DNA from: a virus
Lineage: Duplodnaviria > Heunggongvirae > Uroviricota > Caudoviricetes
Reading direction: 5' to 3' (one strand)
IMG/VR virus record: IMGVR_UViG_3300025575_000276
Length of the DNA stretch: 64,000 bases
The translations under genes were made by a program, and so were the position numbers. The notes under the pieces are model-generated. The model was not told the DNA's origin. It saw nothing but the letters and a program-made list of their open reading frames with translations, and searched no databases. Of this stretch, positions 46,235 to 56,436 are shown one piece after another (within the stretch, counting starts at the first letter, position 1; each line of letters starts with the position of its first letter).

Positions 46235-47266
46235 ATGATACAGTACCTTGAAATTTTGCAGGAAGTGCTTGACAAAGGCACTTGGAAGAGACCTGCTCGG
46301 GATAACATGCCCCGGACAATAAGTAGGTTTGGGATTACCAAACGATTTGATCTCAGTAAAGGGTTCCCTCTGGTCACTACTAAGAAAATGTTCTTCAATG
46401 GTGCTTTACATGAACTGTTGTGGTTCCTTAGAGGCGACACTAACATCCACTACCTTGTGAAAAACGGTGTAAACATCTGGAATGAAGACGGCTACAAATG
46501 GTACAAAAAGAGACTGAAGAATGTAGGTGCTGAAGATATGACTCTTGAGTTCCCAGATTGGGTAAAAGCAGTTAAAGGAATTGAACAACCTTGTGGTGAT
46601 TTAGGAAAAATCTACTCCCATCAGTGGAGAAGTTTTGGATCAAAGGACGGCAGAGGGTGGGTTGGTGGAGTTGATCAGATTACTAGAGTTGTCGAAGGGA
46701 TCAAAGCAAATCCTGAGTCTCGCTACAATGTCGTAAGTGCTTGGAACCCGGCTGAACTAAATGAAGGTGCTCTACCTCCATGTCACATGCTGTTCATGTT
46801 CAATTGTAGGGAAATATTCACAGAACAACGGTATGACATGGCTATGAAGAGTGAGGAACTAAGAAATGAGTTGAAAAGTACTGGCCTAACAAGTGAGTGG
46901 CTAACTAAAAAAGGCATTCCAACTCACTATCTTGATTGTGATATGACTCAGCGTTCTTGTGATACTCCCTTGGGAGTTCCCTTCAACATTGCCTCCTATG
47001 CACTCCTTACAATGATTATCGCAAAGTTGACAAATACTGTACCAGGTGAATTCATTTGGTCCGGGAAGGATGTCCACATCTACGAGAATCAAATCGATGC
47101 AGTATACAATCAACTCGAAAGAACTCCCCTACCCTTACCAACAATGGAAATTACAAGTGATTGGGATTCCATTGAAGACATAAAATTCGAAGATTTCAAA
47201 CTCAGAGATTACAAGTCACACGACTCAATCAAATATCCACTATCAACAGGTTTAATATTAAGGTAA
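46235..47266 (+). CDS. thyA: thymidylate synthase (ThyA-type) carrying an insertion of about 40 aa. The alternative is a dUMP hydroxymethylase
   Basis: The ThyA motifs present are 'LPPCHMLFMFN' and 'QRSCDTPLGVPFNIASYALL' with Asn retained. A roughly 40-aa insert lies between them. Confidence 0.75.
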   Translation: MIQYLEILQEVLDKGTWKRPARDNMPRTISRFGITKRFDLSKGFPLVTTKKMFFNGALHELLWFLRGDTNIHYLVKNGVNIWNEDGYKWYKKRLKNVGAEDMTLEFPDWVKAVKGIEQPCGDLGKIYSHQWRSFGSKDGRGWVGGVDQITRVVEGIKANPESRYNVVSAWNPAELNEGALPPCHMLFMFNCREIFTEQRYDMAMKSEELRNELKSTGLTSEWLTKKGIPTHYLDCDMTQRSCDTPLGVPFNIASYALLTMIIAKLTNTVPGEFIWSGKDVHIYENQIDAVYNQLERTPLPLPTMEITSDWDSIEDIKFEDFKLRDYKSHDSIKYPLSTGLILR

Positions 47267-47267
47267 A

Positions 47268-47606
47268 ATGGCAAAAACAAAGAAAGTAGTCCCCGAAGTC
47301 AAAGTAAAGGAAGAAGAGGCAATCGCACACGTCTACATTGTTGGAACTGAGGATGAAAAAGGGCTTGCCTTTATGATCGCACAGGCATTCTGCAATAACG
47401 GAATCCAAACAAAAATCTTTGTTCCAAGTGGTCCTAAAGCAGTGGAACTAGGAACATCTATTATCATTCAGGAAGCTGATAAAGCACCATCAGAACTCTT
47501 TAAAAAGTTCACTACACCTGAACAGTACCGCATGAGTAGAAGGTCAAGAAGGGCACTTCTACAGGCAAAAGAACTTCATACAGAGAGCAGAAAAAACATT
47601 AATTAA
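47268..47606 (+). CDS. hypothetical protein
   Basis: The ORF is 112 aa. Confidence 0.45.
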   Translation: MAKTKKVVPEVKVKEEEAIAHVYIVGTEDEKGLAFMIAQAFCNNGIQTKIFVPSGPKAVELGTSIIIQEADKAPSELFKKFTTPEQYRMSRRSRRALLQAKELHTESRKNIN

Positions 47607-47623
47607 TCTTAATTTAATTTAAC

Positions 47624-48820
47624 ATGGACATTGTTTCAGAAAACATTTACCGTAATTTCTTAACAGCCTATTACAATTACATTATTACGGAAGGAAAGTA
47701 CGAACTTCCAACAATAAGTATCTCAAACGTCTTTAACGGACTGTTTGGTTCAAAAGAGGAAGTAGAGTATTTACTTAAGGAAGAGGGCACTGCAATTGAG
47801 GATTATCTGACCATTACAGAGACTATTGAAGGTGTTATCAAAGTAAGTATGGAAATCACCCAAAGAGGGATTGAGAAGTTTATCATCCCTAAAATTACCG
47901 GCCTTGATGCTGTCTACAAGGGAGTTTTCGGAAGAGGTGTTACTCCCAACTTCAAGTTTACTATTTCATCTCCCAAACAAGAGATTATAGTTTTCCCGGA
48001 ACATATTGAGGAACCTTTACCAGGTGCAATGCAAATCTTCGATTACAAAGGAAGTGGCGTAACCTTCAAAACAGTTGATGGTACTATAATGGTCAATGCA
48101 ACTGAAATGGCTAAACCTTTTGGCAAATTAACCAAGGACTATCTCAAATTATCTTCGACAAAGGAGTTTATGCATGTTCTTGATAATCAATGTAGGGAGA
48201 ATAATCCCAACATTGACAGTCAACTAGTTATGATAAAACAAGGAGATGCAAGAAATGAGCAAGGGACATGGATGCATAAGGATTTAGCTACCTATTTTGC
48301 TATGTGGCTGGCCCCTGCATTTGGCCTTTGGGTTGTGCAAACGATCAACGAGTATATGCAGAAAGGGGTAATATCTCGTATACCGAATGACATTCCAAAT
48401 CTATCTAATCCTTTGGAGTCCGCTAAGAAACTACTTGAGTATACCGGCCTGTATGTGAAAGCAGAAGAGGCAAGGTTAGTTTTGGAAGCAAAGGTGATCG
48501 AAGACGAACCCAAAGTGTCAGCCTATGATCAACTGATCGGACAGGAAGGTTTATATGATTTCCGGGATGTGGCTCAGGTACTTGGTGTTAAAGGTTTTGG
48601 TAGGGGAAACCTTATCAAATTCCTTAAAGACGGTGCTATAAAGATTCTAGGGAAGAATGCAATTCCTTATCAGCCTTACTTGGATAAAGGGTACTTCAAA
48701 CGTAAGTTGTCTCCCAGAGGGTCTATGACAACTTACTTCACGTCTGAAGGTTTGGACTTTTTATGGAGACTCCTTCGTAAAAAAGGTATTGTTAAGGAAC
48801 AGTATCGTCCAGAATTCTAG
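47624..48820 (+). CDS. KilA-N domain protein, similar to an antirepressor
   Basis: The central 'QGDARNEQGTWMHKDLATYFAMWLAPAF' is typical of a KilA-N domain. The ORF is 398 aa. Confidence 0.5.
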   Translation: MDIVSENIYRNFLTAYYNYIITEGKYELPTISISNVFNGLFGSKEEVEYLLKEEGTAIEDYLTITETIEGVIKVSMEITQRGIEKFIIPKITGLDAVYKGVFGRGVTPNFKFTISSPKQEIIVFPEHIEEPLPGAMQIFDYKGSGVTFKTVDGTIMVNATEMAKPFGKLTKDYLKLSSTKEFMHVLDNQCRENNPNIDSQLVMIKQGDARNEQGTWMHKDLATYFAMWLAPAFGLWVVQTINEYMQKGVISRIPNDIPNLSNPLESAKKLLEYTGLYVKAEEARLVLEAKVIEDEPKVSAYDQLIGQEGLYDFRDVAQVLGVKGFGRGNLIKFLKDGAIKILGKNAIPYQPYLDKGYFKRKLSPRGSMTTYFTSEGLDFLWRLLRKKGIVKEQYRPEF

Positions 48821-48859
48821 TCATTAATTTTAGTCTATATTTGCAGAAAGTAAATTAAT

Positions 48860-49132
48860 ATGATATCAGATAAATACAACACTCAAATACAGACAATTAA
48901 GCGAGACATTCTTTTAAATATCAAGGTTTACGTCGAGGACATCCATAAAAAAGATATCGTTCTACGTGTCCCTTTAGTTTCATTGAAGGGTTTCATTATT
49001 ACTGAGGTGATAGCTTACGGTGTAACCGCCACAGACAACAGGGGATCAAAATGGTTAGAGCAATTAGACTCTTTACCTATTGAGGAATTGTTGAAAATTC
49101 TTAACATAATTGAAAAAGGGGAAATAAAATGA
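48860..49132 (+). CDS. hypothetical protein
   Basis: The ORF is 90 aa. 'TATATTTGCAGAA' lies upstream. Confidence 0.45.
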   Translation: MISDKYNTQIQTIKRDILLNIKVYVEDIHKKDIVLRVPLVSLKGFIITEVIAYGVTATDNRGSKWLEQLDSLPIEELLKILNIIEKGEIK

Positions 49133-49178
49133 CAAAGAAGTACGAACCTTCCCCTTTAACCGGGGAAGGAAAATCACA

Positions 49179-50564
49179 ATGAGTATAATTTACAATTCCG
49201 AACAACTTGAAGGTATAGAGCTTATGGTTAACCATATCTTGAACCCAAGAAGTCCAAAGGAATTTCTATTAAAGGGAGCTGCCGGCACAGGAAAGACTAC
49301 CGTAATGAAGGAAGTTATGGAGCGAGTGAAAACTAAAGCTGGAGTTTTCGGATTTACGGTTAGTCATTCTGCTAAAACAGTTCTAGCCAACAGTTGTGGG
49401 GATACGCTTTCTGAATACTACACTTACGCACAACTTTGTGGTTTAACACCTAAGCAAGTTAATGGTAAGGAAATATTCATTAAGAGCAGTAGGTTTGAAA
49501 ATGGGTTCAGACCACCAGTTGCATCAGCAAGGCTTTTAATTGGAGATGAGTGTTCAATGTTTTCTGATGATCAGCATAAAGAGCTATTAAAGGAGGCACC
49601 TATTGATTGTAAGATCATCTACATGGGAGATCACTGTCAGTTGCCTCCTCCCGATAACGGAGATAGGGACTCCAGTACTTTGTCAATAACAAATTCCTTT
49701 GAACTTAAAACTCCGATGCGATTTGACAGTATTATTGGAGAGACAGCAGCTCTGTATAGGTACTACATCGACTACCTAAATTACCACGGTAAGATGCACA
49801 CTGAAGGAAGGCATTTCTACAACCATCGTCCTGTTCGTTCTAATGAATATTCTTCCATTGAATACACCGATAACGAGTACAAGTTTATGAATGATGCAAT
49901 AGAATGTTTTACAAAAGACCTTCTAGGAACTCGTATTTTGGCTTATAGGAATAATGTTATCGATAGTATCAATGAAAGATTGAGGAACTTGTTCTACGAT
50001 CCTACTATGAGGTACTATCCAGGTGAGTATATTATAACGAACCGACCATCAAAGGACAGTGTTTTCTTAAATGGTGAAGTACTTCAAATTGGAGAGGTTG
50101 CAATTGGTGAGAAGAAAGTATCTGTTACTTACGATACTGGAAGTACACTTGTACCCACTAGTGTAATTATTAAGACTTATGAGCTTTATTTCGAAGGTAG
50201 GGACATTCCTCTTGTTGTACACCATCAAGACAGTGATCACTTATATAGTGAAACTGTAACAAGGTTACTTAATCAAGCTAAGAATAACCCTAAGTATTGG
50301 AAGTATTATTACGGCTTCTTACACGCTTTTGACAATATCAGTTACACCTATTGTATGACAACTCACAAATCTCAAGGACAAACCTTGAGACATGTCTTTG
50401 TAATGGCTGACGATATCCTCCAAGTAAAGCTAACATCGTTGAAGACTAAACTACAATCTCTTTATGTGTCGATTTCACGACCAAAGAAAAGTCTTCATGT
50501 ACTACTTCAGGACCCATTGAAAGGACAAAGAGTCCAATATCAACAACAACAAAACCACTACTAA
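49179..50564 (+). CDS. SF1 DNA helicase of the RecD/Dda/Pif1 type
   Basis: Walker A is 'LLKGAAGTGKTT'. Walker B is 'LLIGDECSM'. The C-terminal 'TTHKSQGQT' is motif V/VI. Confidence 0.65.
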   Translation: MSIIYNSEQLEGIELMVNHILNPRSPKEFLLKGAAGTGKTTVMKEVMERVKTKAGVFGFTVSHSAKTVLANSCGDTLSEYYTYAQLCGLTPKQVNGKEIFIKSSRFENGFRPPVASARLLIGDECSMFSDDQHKELLKEAPIDCKIIYMGDHCQLPPPDNGDRDSSTLSITNSFELKTPMRFDSIIGETAALYRYYIDYLNYHGKMHTEGRHFYNHRPVRSNEYSSIEYTDNEYKFMNDAIECFTKDLLGTRILAYRNNVIDSINERLRNLFYDPTMRYYPGEYIITNRPSKDSVFLNGEVLQIGEVAIGEKKVSVTYDTGSTLVPTSVIIKTYELYFEGRDIPLVVHHQDSDHLYSETVTRLLNQAKNNPKYWKYYYGFLHAFDNISYTYCMTTHKSQGQTLRHVFVMADDILQVKLTSLKTKLQSLYVSISRPKKSLHVLLQDPLKGQRVQYQQQQNHY

Positions 50565-52672
50565 TGATTTACTTAGTTTCAACTCGACAATACCCAGAGT
50601 CTAAACACTATGAACAGGTTTCTTTAAATGCATTCCATGAATGGTTCCTTATAACAAAGGAGTACCAGTTGGATGTTGAAACAAATGTTACTGATGATGT
50701 AACTCTTAGAGAGCTGTATGTTGTTCAATTTGGATCCACCGACTGTCAGTTTCAGTGGATATTTGACTTTGCTTCTTTTACTCCTGAGATGAAAGATTAT
50801 GTGAAAGCATGTCTGGATATGAGGGATCGAGTCAAGGTTATCTTTAATGCTGCATTTGAATATGTTACCTTAAAGCACACACTTGGGATTGATATTGACA
50901 ACATCTGGGATGTAATGCTTGCCCTAAAAGTAGTACTGAACGGAAAGAACATCAATCAGGAAGTTTTCAATTATAAGGGAGCTTGTTTAGAGTATTGTGG
51001 GGCCGTGATCGACAAGGATCTTCAGAAATCCTTTACAGGAGAGATGTTAACCGAGGCGCAGATTATTTATTGCGCTATTGACGTTTACTATCAAAGTTAT
51101 TTGAAAGAGTTGGTACTTTCATGGCCGGACACTAAATTCCTACTGAACACCATTTGGCTTGAAAACAATGCAGTTAGAGCTTTTGGCGACTCAACTTACA
51201 ACGGATTTGGTTTCGACACTGAGATATGGAAAGACAACATTGAATGGGCAAAACCTCAAATCGAGAAGTCCAGGCAAAAAGTGTTTTCCTATATAACTGG
51301 TGAGTTAAAGACCGAATGTGAAATGTTAGGAATACTCCAATCTCAGGATGCAGTCACTATCAATTGGAATTCATCAGAACAAAAAGGAAGAGCACTAACC
51401 CACTTGTATCCTGAACTTGCTAATTTCAAAAAGCCGGCACTTCAAAAATTTGAGAAGACACTTCCAGACGATAGTATTGTTAAGAACCTTCTTGACAAGG
51501 AGTATGGCAAGGCAAACGACTACATGTTAAAGAACCATCGAGATTTTCTCATTGAGGAGAAATTGATGATACCGGAAGGATCCGTCACACTTAACCTAAA
51601 TAGTCCTCCCCAGAGGTTGAAACTATTCCAATTAGTTGAACCTCATTTAGAGAGTACAGCTAATGAATTCCTAGAGAAGTGCTCCCACCCTATGATCGAT
51701 GATTATTTGGGGTACATCTCAATGGAAAAGTTAGTCTCAACATATGGTGCAAAATGGTTTGATTTCATTGATTCGGATGGAAAAGTTCGTCCAAGAAAGA
51801 TAAACCAGATCGTTGAAACTGGACGTATAGCAGTCTCTCCGGGATTACAGACAATCCCTGCGGATGATTATGACATCTTTAATCGATATAGGCAAGCATT
51901 CATTCCTGAACTAGGTTGGGATTTTTGTGCGGTTGACTATAAGAGTCAGGAGCTTGCTATTATCGCTTATATGGCTCAGGAGATAGTGTGGTTAAGTGCA
52001 ATTAAAAATGATCTTGACCTTCACTCTGTAAGTGCTGCAAAAGCGTTCCTTGAAAAGTGGACTGAAGCTGGAGGAGATCCTGAAGGAAAGACTAAGCCTA
52101 CCACACCAGAAGGTAAGCAATTGAGAGGTCACGCTAAAACTGTAAGTTTTGGCCTTGCCTATGGTATGGGAGTTGGAACTCTGGCAAAGAGGATTAACAC
52201 AACGAAGGCGGAAGCAAGGGAGATTATGGATGCTTACTTTAAGGCTTTTCCATCCATTAAAGGTATGCTCAACGTATCTGCCCAATTTGCAATGAAGAAT
52301 GGCTATTCGGAAACTTTGGCTCCATGGAGCAGAAGGAGGTACTACGGAGAGTGGAATACTTACCATGTTAATGAACAGGATATCGCCTCAATAGAAAGAC
52401 GAGGTAAGAACACACCAATCCAAGGTTCAGGAGCAGATCAGACTAAGTATGCCCTCATCTTAATAAAAAGGAAAATAGAGGAGAATGGATGGGGAAATAT
52501 CGTAAAGATTATTTTCCAGTTACATGATGCTATCTTAACTCAATTCAGGAAAGATATAATCCCCGAATGGCCTTCAATACAGTGTGCTCTAATGGAAGAG
52601 GCTGCATGTTCCAATGTTCCGGGGCATTTAATCAAAGGTGATATTTCAGTCACCGATCATTGGACAAAATAA
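50564..52672 (+). CDS. polA: family A DNA polymerase (Pol I-like) with a 3'-5' exonuclease domain
   Basis: Exo I is 'LDVETN'. Motif B is 'RGHAKTVSFGLAYGMG'. Motif C is 'QLHDAIL'. The ORF is 702 aa. Confidence 0.85.
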   Translation: MIYLVSTRQYPESKHYEQVSLNAFHEWFLITKEYQLDVETNVTDDVTLRELYVVQFGSTDCQFQWIFDFASFTPEMKDYVKACLDMRDRVKVIFNAAFEYVTLKHTLGIDIDNIWDVMLALKVVLNGKNINQEVFNYKGACLEYCGAVIDKDLQKSFTGEMLTEAQIIYCAIDVYYQSYLKELVLSWPDTKFLLNTIWLENNAVRAFGDSTYNGFGFDTEIWKDNIEWAKPQIEKSRQKVFSYITGELKTECEMLGILQSQDAVTINWNSSEQKGRALTHLYPELANFKKPALQKFEKTLPDDSIVKNLLDKEYGKANDYMLKNHRDFLIEEKLMIPEGSVTLNLNSPPQRLKLFQLVEPHLESTANEFLEKCSHPMIDDYLGYISMEKLVSTYGAKWFDFIDSDGKVRPRKINQIVETGRIAVSPGLQTIPADDYDIFNRYRQAFIPELGWDFCAVDYKSQELAIIAYMAQEIVWLSAIKNDLDLHSVSAAKAFLEKWTEAGGDPEGKTKPTTPEGKQLRGHAKTVSFGLAYGMGVGTLAKRINTTKAEAREIMDAYFKAFPSIKGMLNVSAQFAMKNGYSETLAPWSRRRYYGEWNTYHVNEQDIASIERRGKNTPIQGSGADQTKYALILIKRKIEENGWGNIVKIIFQLHDAILTQFRKDIIPEWPSIQCALMEEAACSNVPGHLIKGDISVTDHWTK

Positions 52673-52952
52673 TCAAAAATTTTATAGATTGCATTAGTGG
52701 TATTACGATGGTTTATTATACCTTTGCAATATGGTTAAGCAAACAATAGGAATCTTTCACATTACTACGTTACAATAAGACGTACTATACTTTGGTATCT
52801 CAAGTTCACACTTTGATACTTTAAGTGTAGTACGTTTTTTTTTTCATGTGGATGGATAACTGTTTACCCTACGAACAGGTACCCAAACTCAAACTAACAA
52901 AAAGAAGGACTAATTGGAGTATACTAAATCTCCGTAATAATATAAAAGCAAC

Positions 52953-53214
52953 TATGACAATTCAGGAAGACGTAAAGGGATATTGTATCGAGAGTGTTAT
53001 CTCGGAGTTATCCCAACAGAGTGAGAATTTGCAGCTATCATTAATGCACAGGTTTATTTATAACCATACCAATATTAGATTACTTACGGCAATACACAAA
53101 AAAATAACCCACAAACTTGTCCATCTATCCGTTTTACCTTCTGAATACGCAACAACATCGTATGATCAGAATGCAGTAAAGATGTCTATGGAAAAACTGC
53201 ACAACAGAAACTAA
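52953..53214 (+). CDS. hypothetical protein
   Basis: I took the internal start MTIQEDVKGY... A promoter-like 'TATACCTTTGCAATAT' lies at about 52721. Confidence 0.35.
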
Positions 53215-54474
53215 ATGACTGGCAACGAAATCAGAAACTTAGTTCAACATGCCGTTGTTGATAACTGGTCACCCGACTATTATGGGTATGCTGTTATCAC
53301 AATGGGGGTAGGAAAAAGTAGAATTATCGCAATGGCGATTAACAAGATTATGGAAGATCCTGCTAAAGCATTCGATATTCAACTTTACGATATTCCTATT
53401 CTTGTCTTGGTTAATTCCAGATACTTGAGGGATACAGAGTTGATGAAGGAGTTGCAAAAGTGGGGATGCAATCATAAAGTAAAGGCATCATGTTATCAGT
53501 CCGCATATAAGTGGAATAAGTCAATTGGACTTTTGATTGCAGACGAGTTAGACTTTAGTATTACAAAGGAGGAAAGGTACATCAATGCCTTCAGAAACAA
53601 CAAATTCAGGTTCTTTCTCGGTCTTACCGGAACAATGATCGCTGATAAGTTATCAAAGGCAATAGATGTATTCAAACGTCCACCTTTCTACATATATACC
53701 TTGCGCCAGGCACAAGAGGACGGAGTTATCAATAAAGTATTCATAACCTTACATGAAGTCCCTTTATTCACCGTTCCTACAGTAGCAGCCCCAATGGGGG
53801 AAGCTCAGAAATATGCTTGGGTTGAAAATAAAATAAAATCATGTGAACATGCCCTTTCTGTTTGCTTTGATAGGATCATTAATTGGAAAACCTTTCCACG
53901 AGAAATGGTAACCGAGGCCAGAGGGTCAATTGATCAATACAAAGCAATAAAGAAATATTGGGAGAGTTCAGGTGCAAACCCAAACTGTCGTGTTAAAATG
54001 ATGAAGTCCTCCGAGTCTTCCATCACGTATGCACGAAAACTAAAAGAACTGATCCTGCAAGACCCTTCAAACAAAGTTATTGTTTTTAGCGAACTTACAG
54101 AGGATGTTGACTCTATAGCTGACCATGGGTTTCATGGGAAGAAAAACGATTCATCGATTGTAACTAAATTTAATTCAGGTGAAATAAGGGAGTTAGGAGT
54201 ATGTAAAAAGGTCAATAGAGGTGTAAACTTTGAGAACTTAAACCATTGTATTGTACAGAGCTATTCCAGCTCTGAAACTGATGCTCTTCAGGGATACATT
54301 GGTAGGTTGGTAAGGTTGGAACCTTCTCAAATGGCCTATATTCATATTCTATACTCTTGTTATACAGTAGACGAAGTAAAACTCTACTGTAAAAATCTAT
54401 CATGGGCATTATCTTTCATTCAGAGCGAAGCCCTTCAACACATTAATAAACAATATTATATCAATGGCCTATGA
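53215..54474 (+). CDS. SF2 helicase/ATPase
   Basis: Walker A is 'MGVGKSRII'. Walker B is 'LLIADELDF' (DExx). The ORF is 419 aa. Confidence 0.55.
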   Translation: MTGNEIRNLVQHAVVDNWSPDYYGYAVITMGVGKSRIIAMAINKIMEDPAKAFDIQLYDIPILVLVNSRYLRDTELMKELQKWGCNHKVKASCYQSAYKWNKSIGLLIADELDFSITKEERYINAFRNNKFRFFLGLTGTMIADKLSKAIDVFKRPPFYIYTLRQAQEDGVINKVFITLHEVPLFTVPTVAAPMGEAQKYAWVENKIKSCEHALSVCFDRIINWKTFPREMVTEARGSIDQYKAIKKYWESSGANPNCRVKMMKSSESSITYARKLKELILQDPSNKVIVFSELTEDVDSIADHGFHGKKNDSSIVTKFNSGEIRELGVCKKVNRGVNFENLNHCIVQSYSSSETDALQGYIGRLVRLEPSQMAYIHILYSCYTVDEVKLYCKNLSWALSFIQSEALQHINKQYYINGL

Positions 54475-55217
54475 CAGTTGAACAACTAGTTAAAATTTGC
54501 TTAACTCTGAAATTAAATCCTACCCAAGTGGTCTCTCTCTACTATACAGAGCAGAATCAAAAGTGCCCACTTCACATGACTAATGACGAGTATAAAGACC
54601 TGTATGATAAAGGGTATATGATACAGAGTAAACCCACTACAAAGTACATAAAACTTCTCGATAAGCTCCTTGAAGATTTAGGGAAACCACGTACTGCAAT
54701 AAAACCTGTAGTATGTCCGTCTTTAAATAAACTTATCCCGGAACTTCAAAAACTCCTTTTGCAGGTAGCTCCTACAGAAGATGAAGAAGAGAGGGTAAAG
54801 GCTTTCTTCAAAGATGAAACACTTACAGCCCTATACTTTACATGGATGTACTTATTTCCAACTGTTTCAACCGATAACGCTAATCGAAATTCAAGTTGGG
54901 AACAATTGTTTGGAGTGAAGTATAAAGGTAACAGGCTAAGGCAGATAAACGAAGCCGGTCTGAATAACTTTGCAAGTATTGCAAGGAAGTTGGACATTGG
55001 CATTTATATCTTTGGAACATTCCTTTTTATTAAAGACGGTATCCGTGAAAACGGAGACACCTATATTTCAAAACAAGCTAACTTCTTCAAGGTGCATGAT
55101 GATTGGTATTGCGAGGCAAAAAGGATAGTTGATGAAACATCAGACATCAACCAACTATTTGCATACTTCCAGTACAAGCAAACCAAAAGCACTCTCCAAG
55201 GATCAACAATGATTTAA
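54471..55217 (+). CDS. hypothetical protein
   Basis: The ORF is 248 aa. Confidence 0.5.
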   Translation: MTVEQLVKICLTLKLNPTQVVSLYYTEQNQKCPLHMTNDEYKDLYDKGYMIQSKPTTKYIKLLDKLLEDLGKPRTAIKPVVCPSLNKLIPELQKLLLQVAPTEDEEERVKAFFKDETLTALYFTWMYLFPTVSTDNANRNSSWEQLFGVKYKGNRLRQINEAGLNNFASIARKLDIGIYIFGTFLFIKDGIRENGDTYISKQANFFKVHDDWYCEAKRIVDETSDINQLFAYFQYKQTKSTLQGSTMI

Positions 55218-55218
55218 C

Positions 55219-56436
55219 ATGTCTATATTTAAGAAAGTATTACAACAGGCTCAAACGAGCAGGGTGTCTGCATTTCATGGTATTCCCTTTCAATTTAGCT
55301 CTAAACTTAGTAGTCAAATTAATGGTATACGCCAAGGAACTTACTATGTAATTAGTGGAAGACCAAGTTCAGGAAAGAAGTCCTTTACAGACCTTAATTT
55401 CATGTTCTCAGTGATGTGGTGGTATGCTTGTACTCCTGAAGATATGCGACCTCCTTTAAAGATACTCTATTTTAATATGGATAAATCTGAGAAGGTTAAG
55501 GCTGCAAAGTGGATATGTTTATACATGTCTGCATGTTTCGGTAAGATCATCGACATCAACACTATCGATGGTGATTACAATAAGATGTACAACATTGACA
55601 GTAAAACTCTGCAAGAACTTGAAATTGCTGCATCTTTCTTTGATGATATGATCAGTAAAGGAGTTCTGGAGATACACAGTGGAGCTAAAAGTCCTTCAAG
55701 GATACATGAATACGTTGAGCGTAACATGATAAACTATGGAGGAATATACAATGAACAGGATGGAGAAAAAAGGTACGAGTTAAGTCCTCAATATAAGCAT
55801 CTTCAAATGATAGTAGTTGTTGATAATGCCTCTAAATTAAAGTTGGAATCACAAAACAAAATGGCTTTTGCCGATAATGACATTCACAAGAAGATGCATG
55901 AAACTATGATGCACTTCAAGGAATTCTACAATATCGCTCCAGTTATAATTGTCCCATCTTTTTCAGTAGGAGGTCTATTCAAAAAATCTCAAATGACCCC
56001 TGATTTCAGGGAATTTGGCATCTACTATGAAGGTTGTGATGTGGCTTTACATCTGTTCAATCCCTTTAAATGCGACTTAAACGAGTATGGAGAATTTCAA
56101 GTGAAAGACTTCGTAACTGAACCAGACAACATCCCAAGATTGCGGTTTTGCACCGTAATGAGGAACACAGAAGGTTTAGACAGTAGTACAATGCCAATCG
56201 TGTTTCATCCGGAATCCGGGTTCATGTTTGACTGTCCTCTACCGTCTGCACCAAATTATTTTCAAACTATTCAACATTATAAATTTTTCAAACAACTACA
56301 GATAAATGAACAACAACAATCCTTCAACACCGAGTACACCAATGCAAACCCCGAATTTGGCAGTACCACCATTGCCACCAGCACCGGCAATGAACCAACC
56401 TTTCAACCCATTAATGAATGCGCTGAACAATGCTAA
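55219..56436 (+). CDS. DnaB-like replicative helicase ATPase domain protein
   Basis: Walker A 'VISGRPSSGKKSF' resembles DnaB 'RPsmGKT'. Walker B is 'MIVVVDNASKL'. The 3' end overlaps the next ORF by about 130 nt in low-complexity sequence, so the true end is uncertain. Confidence 0.5.
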   Translation: MSIFKKVLQQAQTSRVSAFHGIPFQFSSKLSSQINGIRQGTYYVISGRPSSGKKSFTDLNFMFSVMWWYACTPEDMRPPLKILYFNMDKSEKVKAAKWICLYMSACFGKIIDINTIDGDYNKMYNIDSKTLQELEIAASFFDDMISKGVLEIHSGAKSPSRIHEYVERNMINYGGIYNEQDGEKRYELSPQYKHLQMIVVVDNASKLKLESQNKMAFADNDIHKKMHETMMHFKEFYNIAPVIIVPSFSVGGLFKKSQMTPDFREFGIYYEGCDVALHLFNPFKCDLNEYGEFQVKDFVTEPDNIPRLRFCTVMRNTEGLDSSTMPIVFHPESGFMFDCPLPSAPNYFQTIQHYKFFKQLQINEQQQSFNTEYTNANPEFGSTTIATSTGNEPTFQPINECAEQC

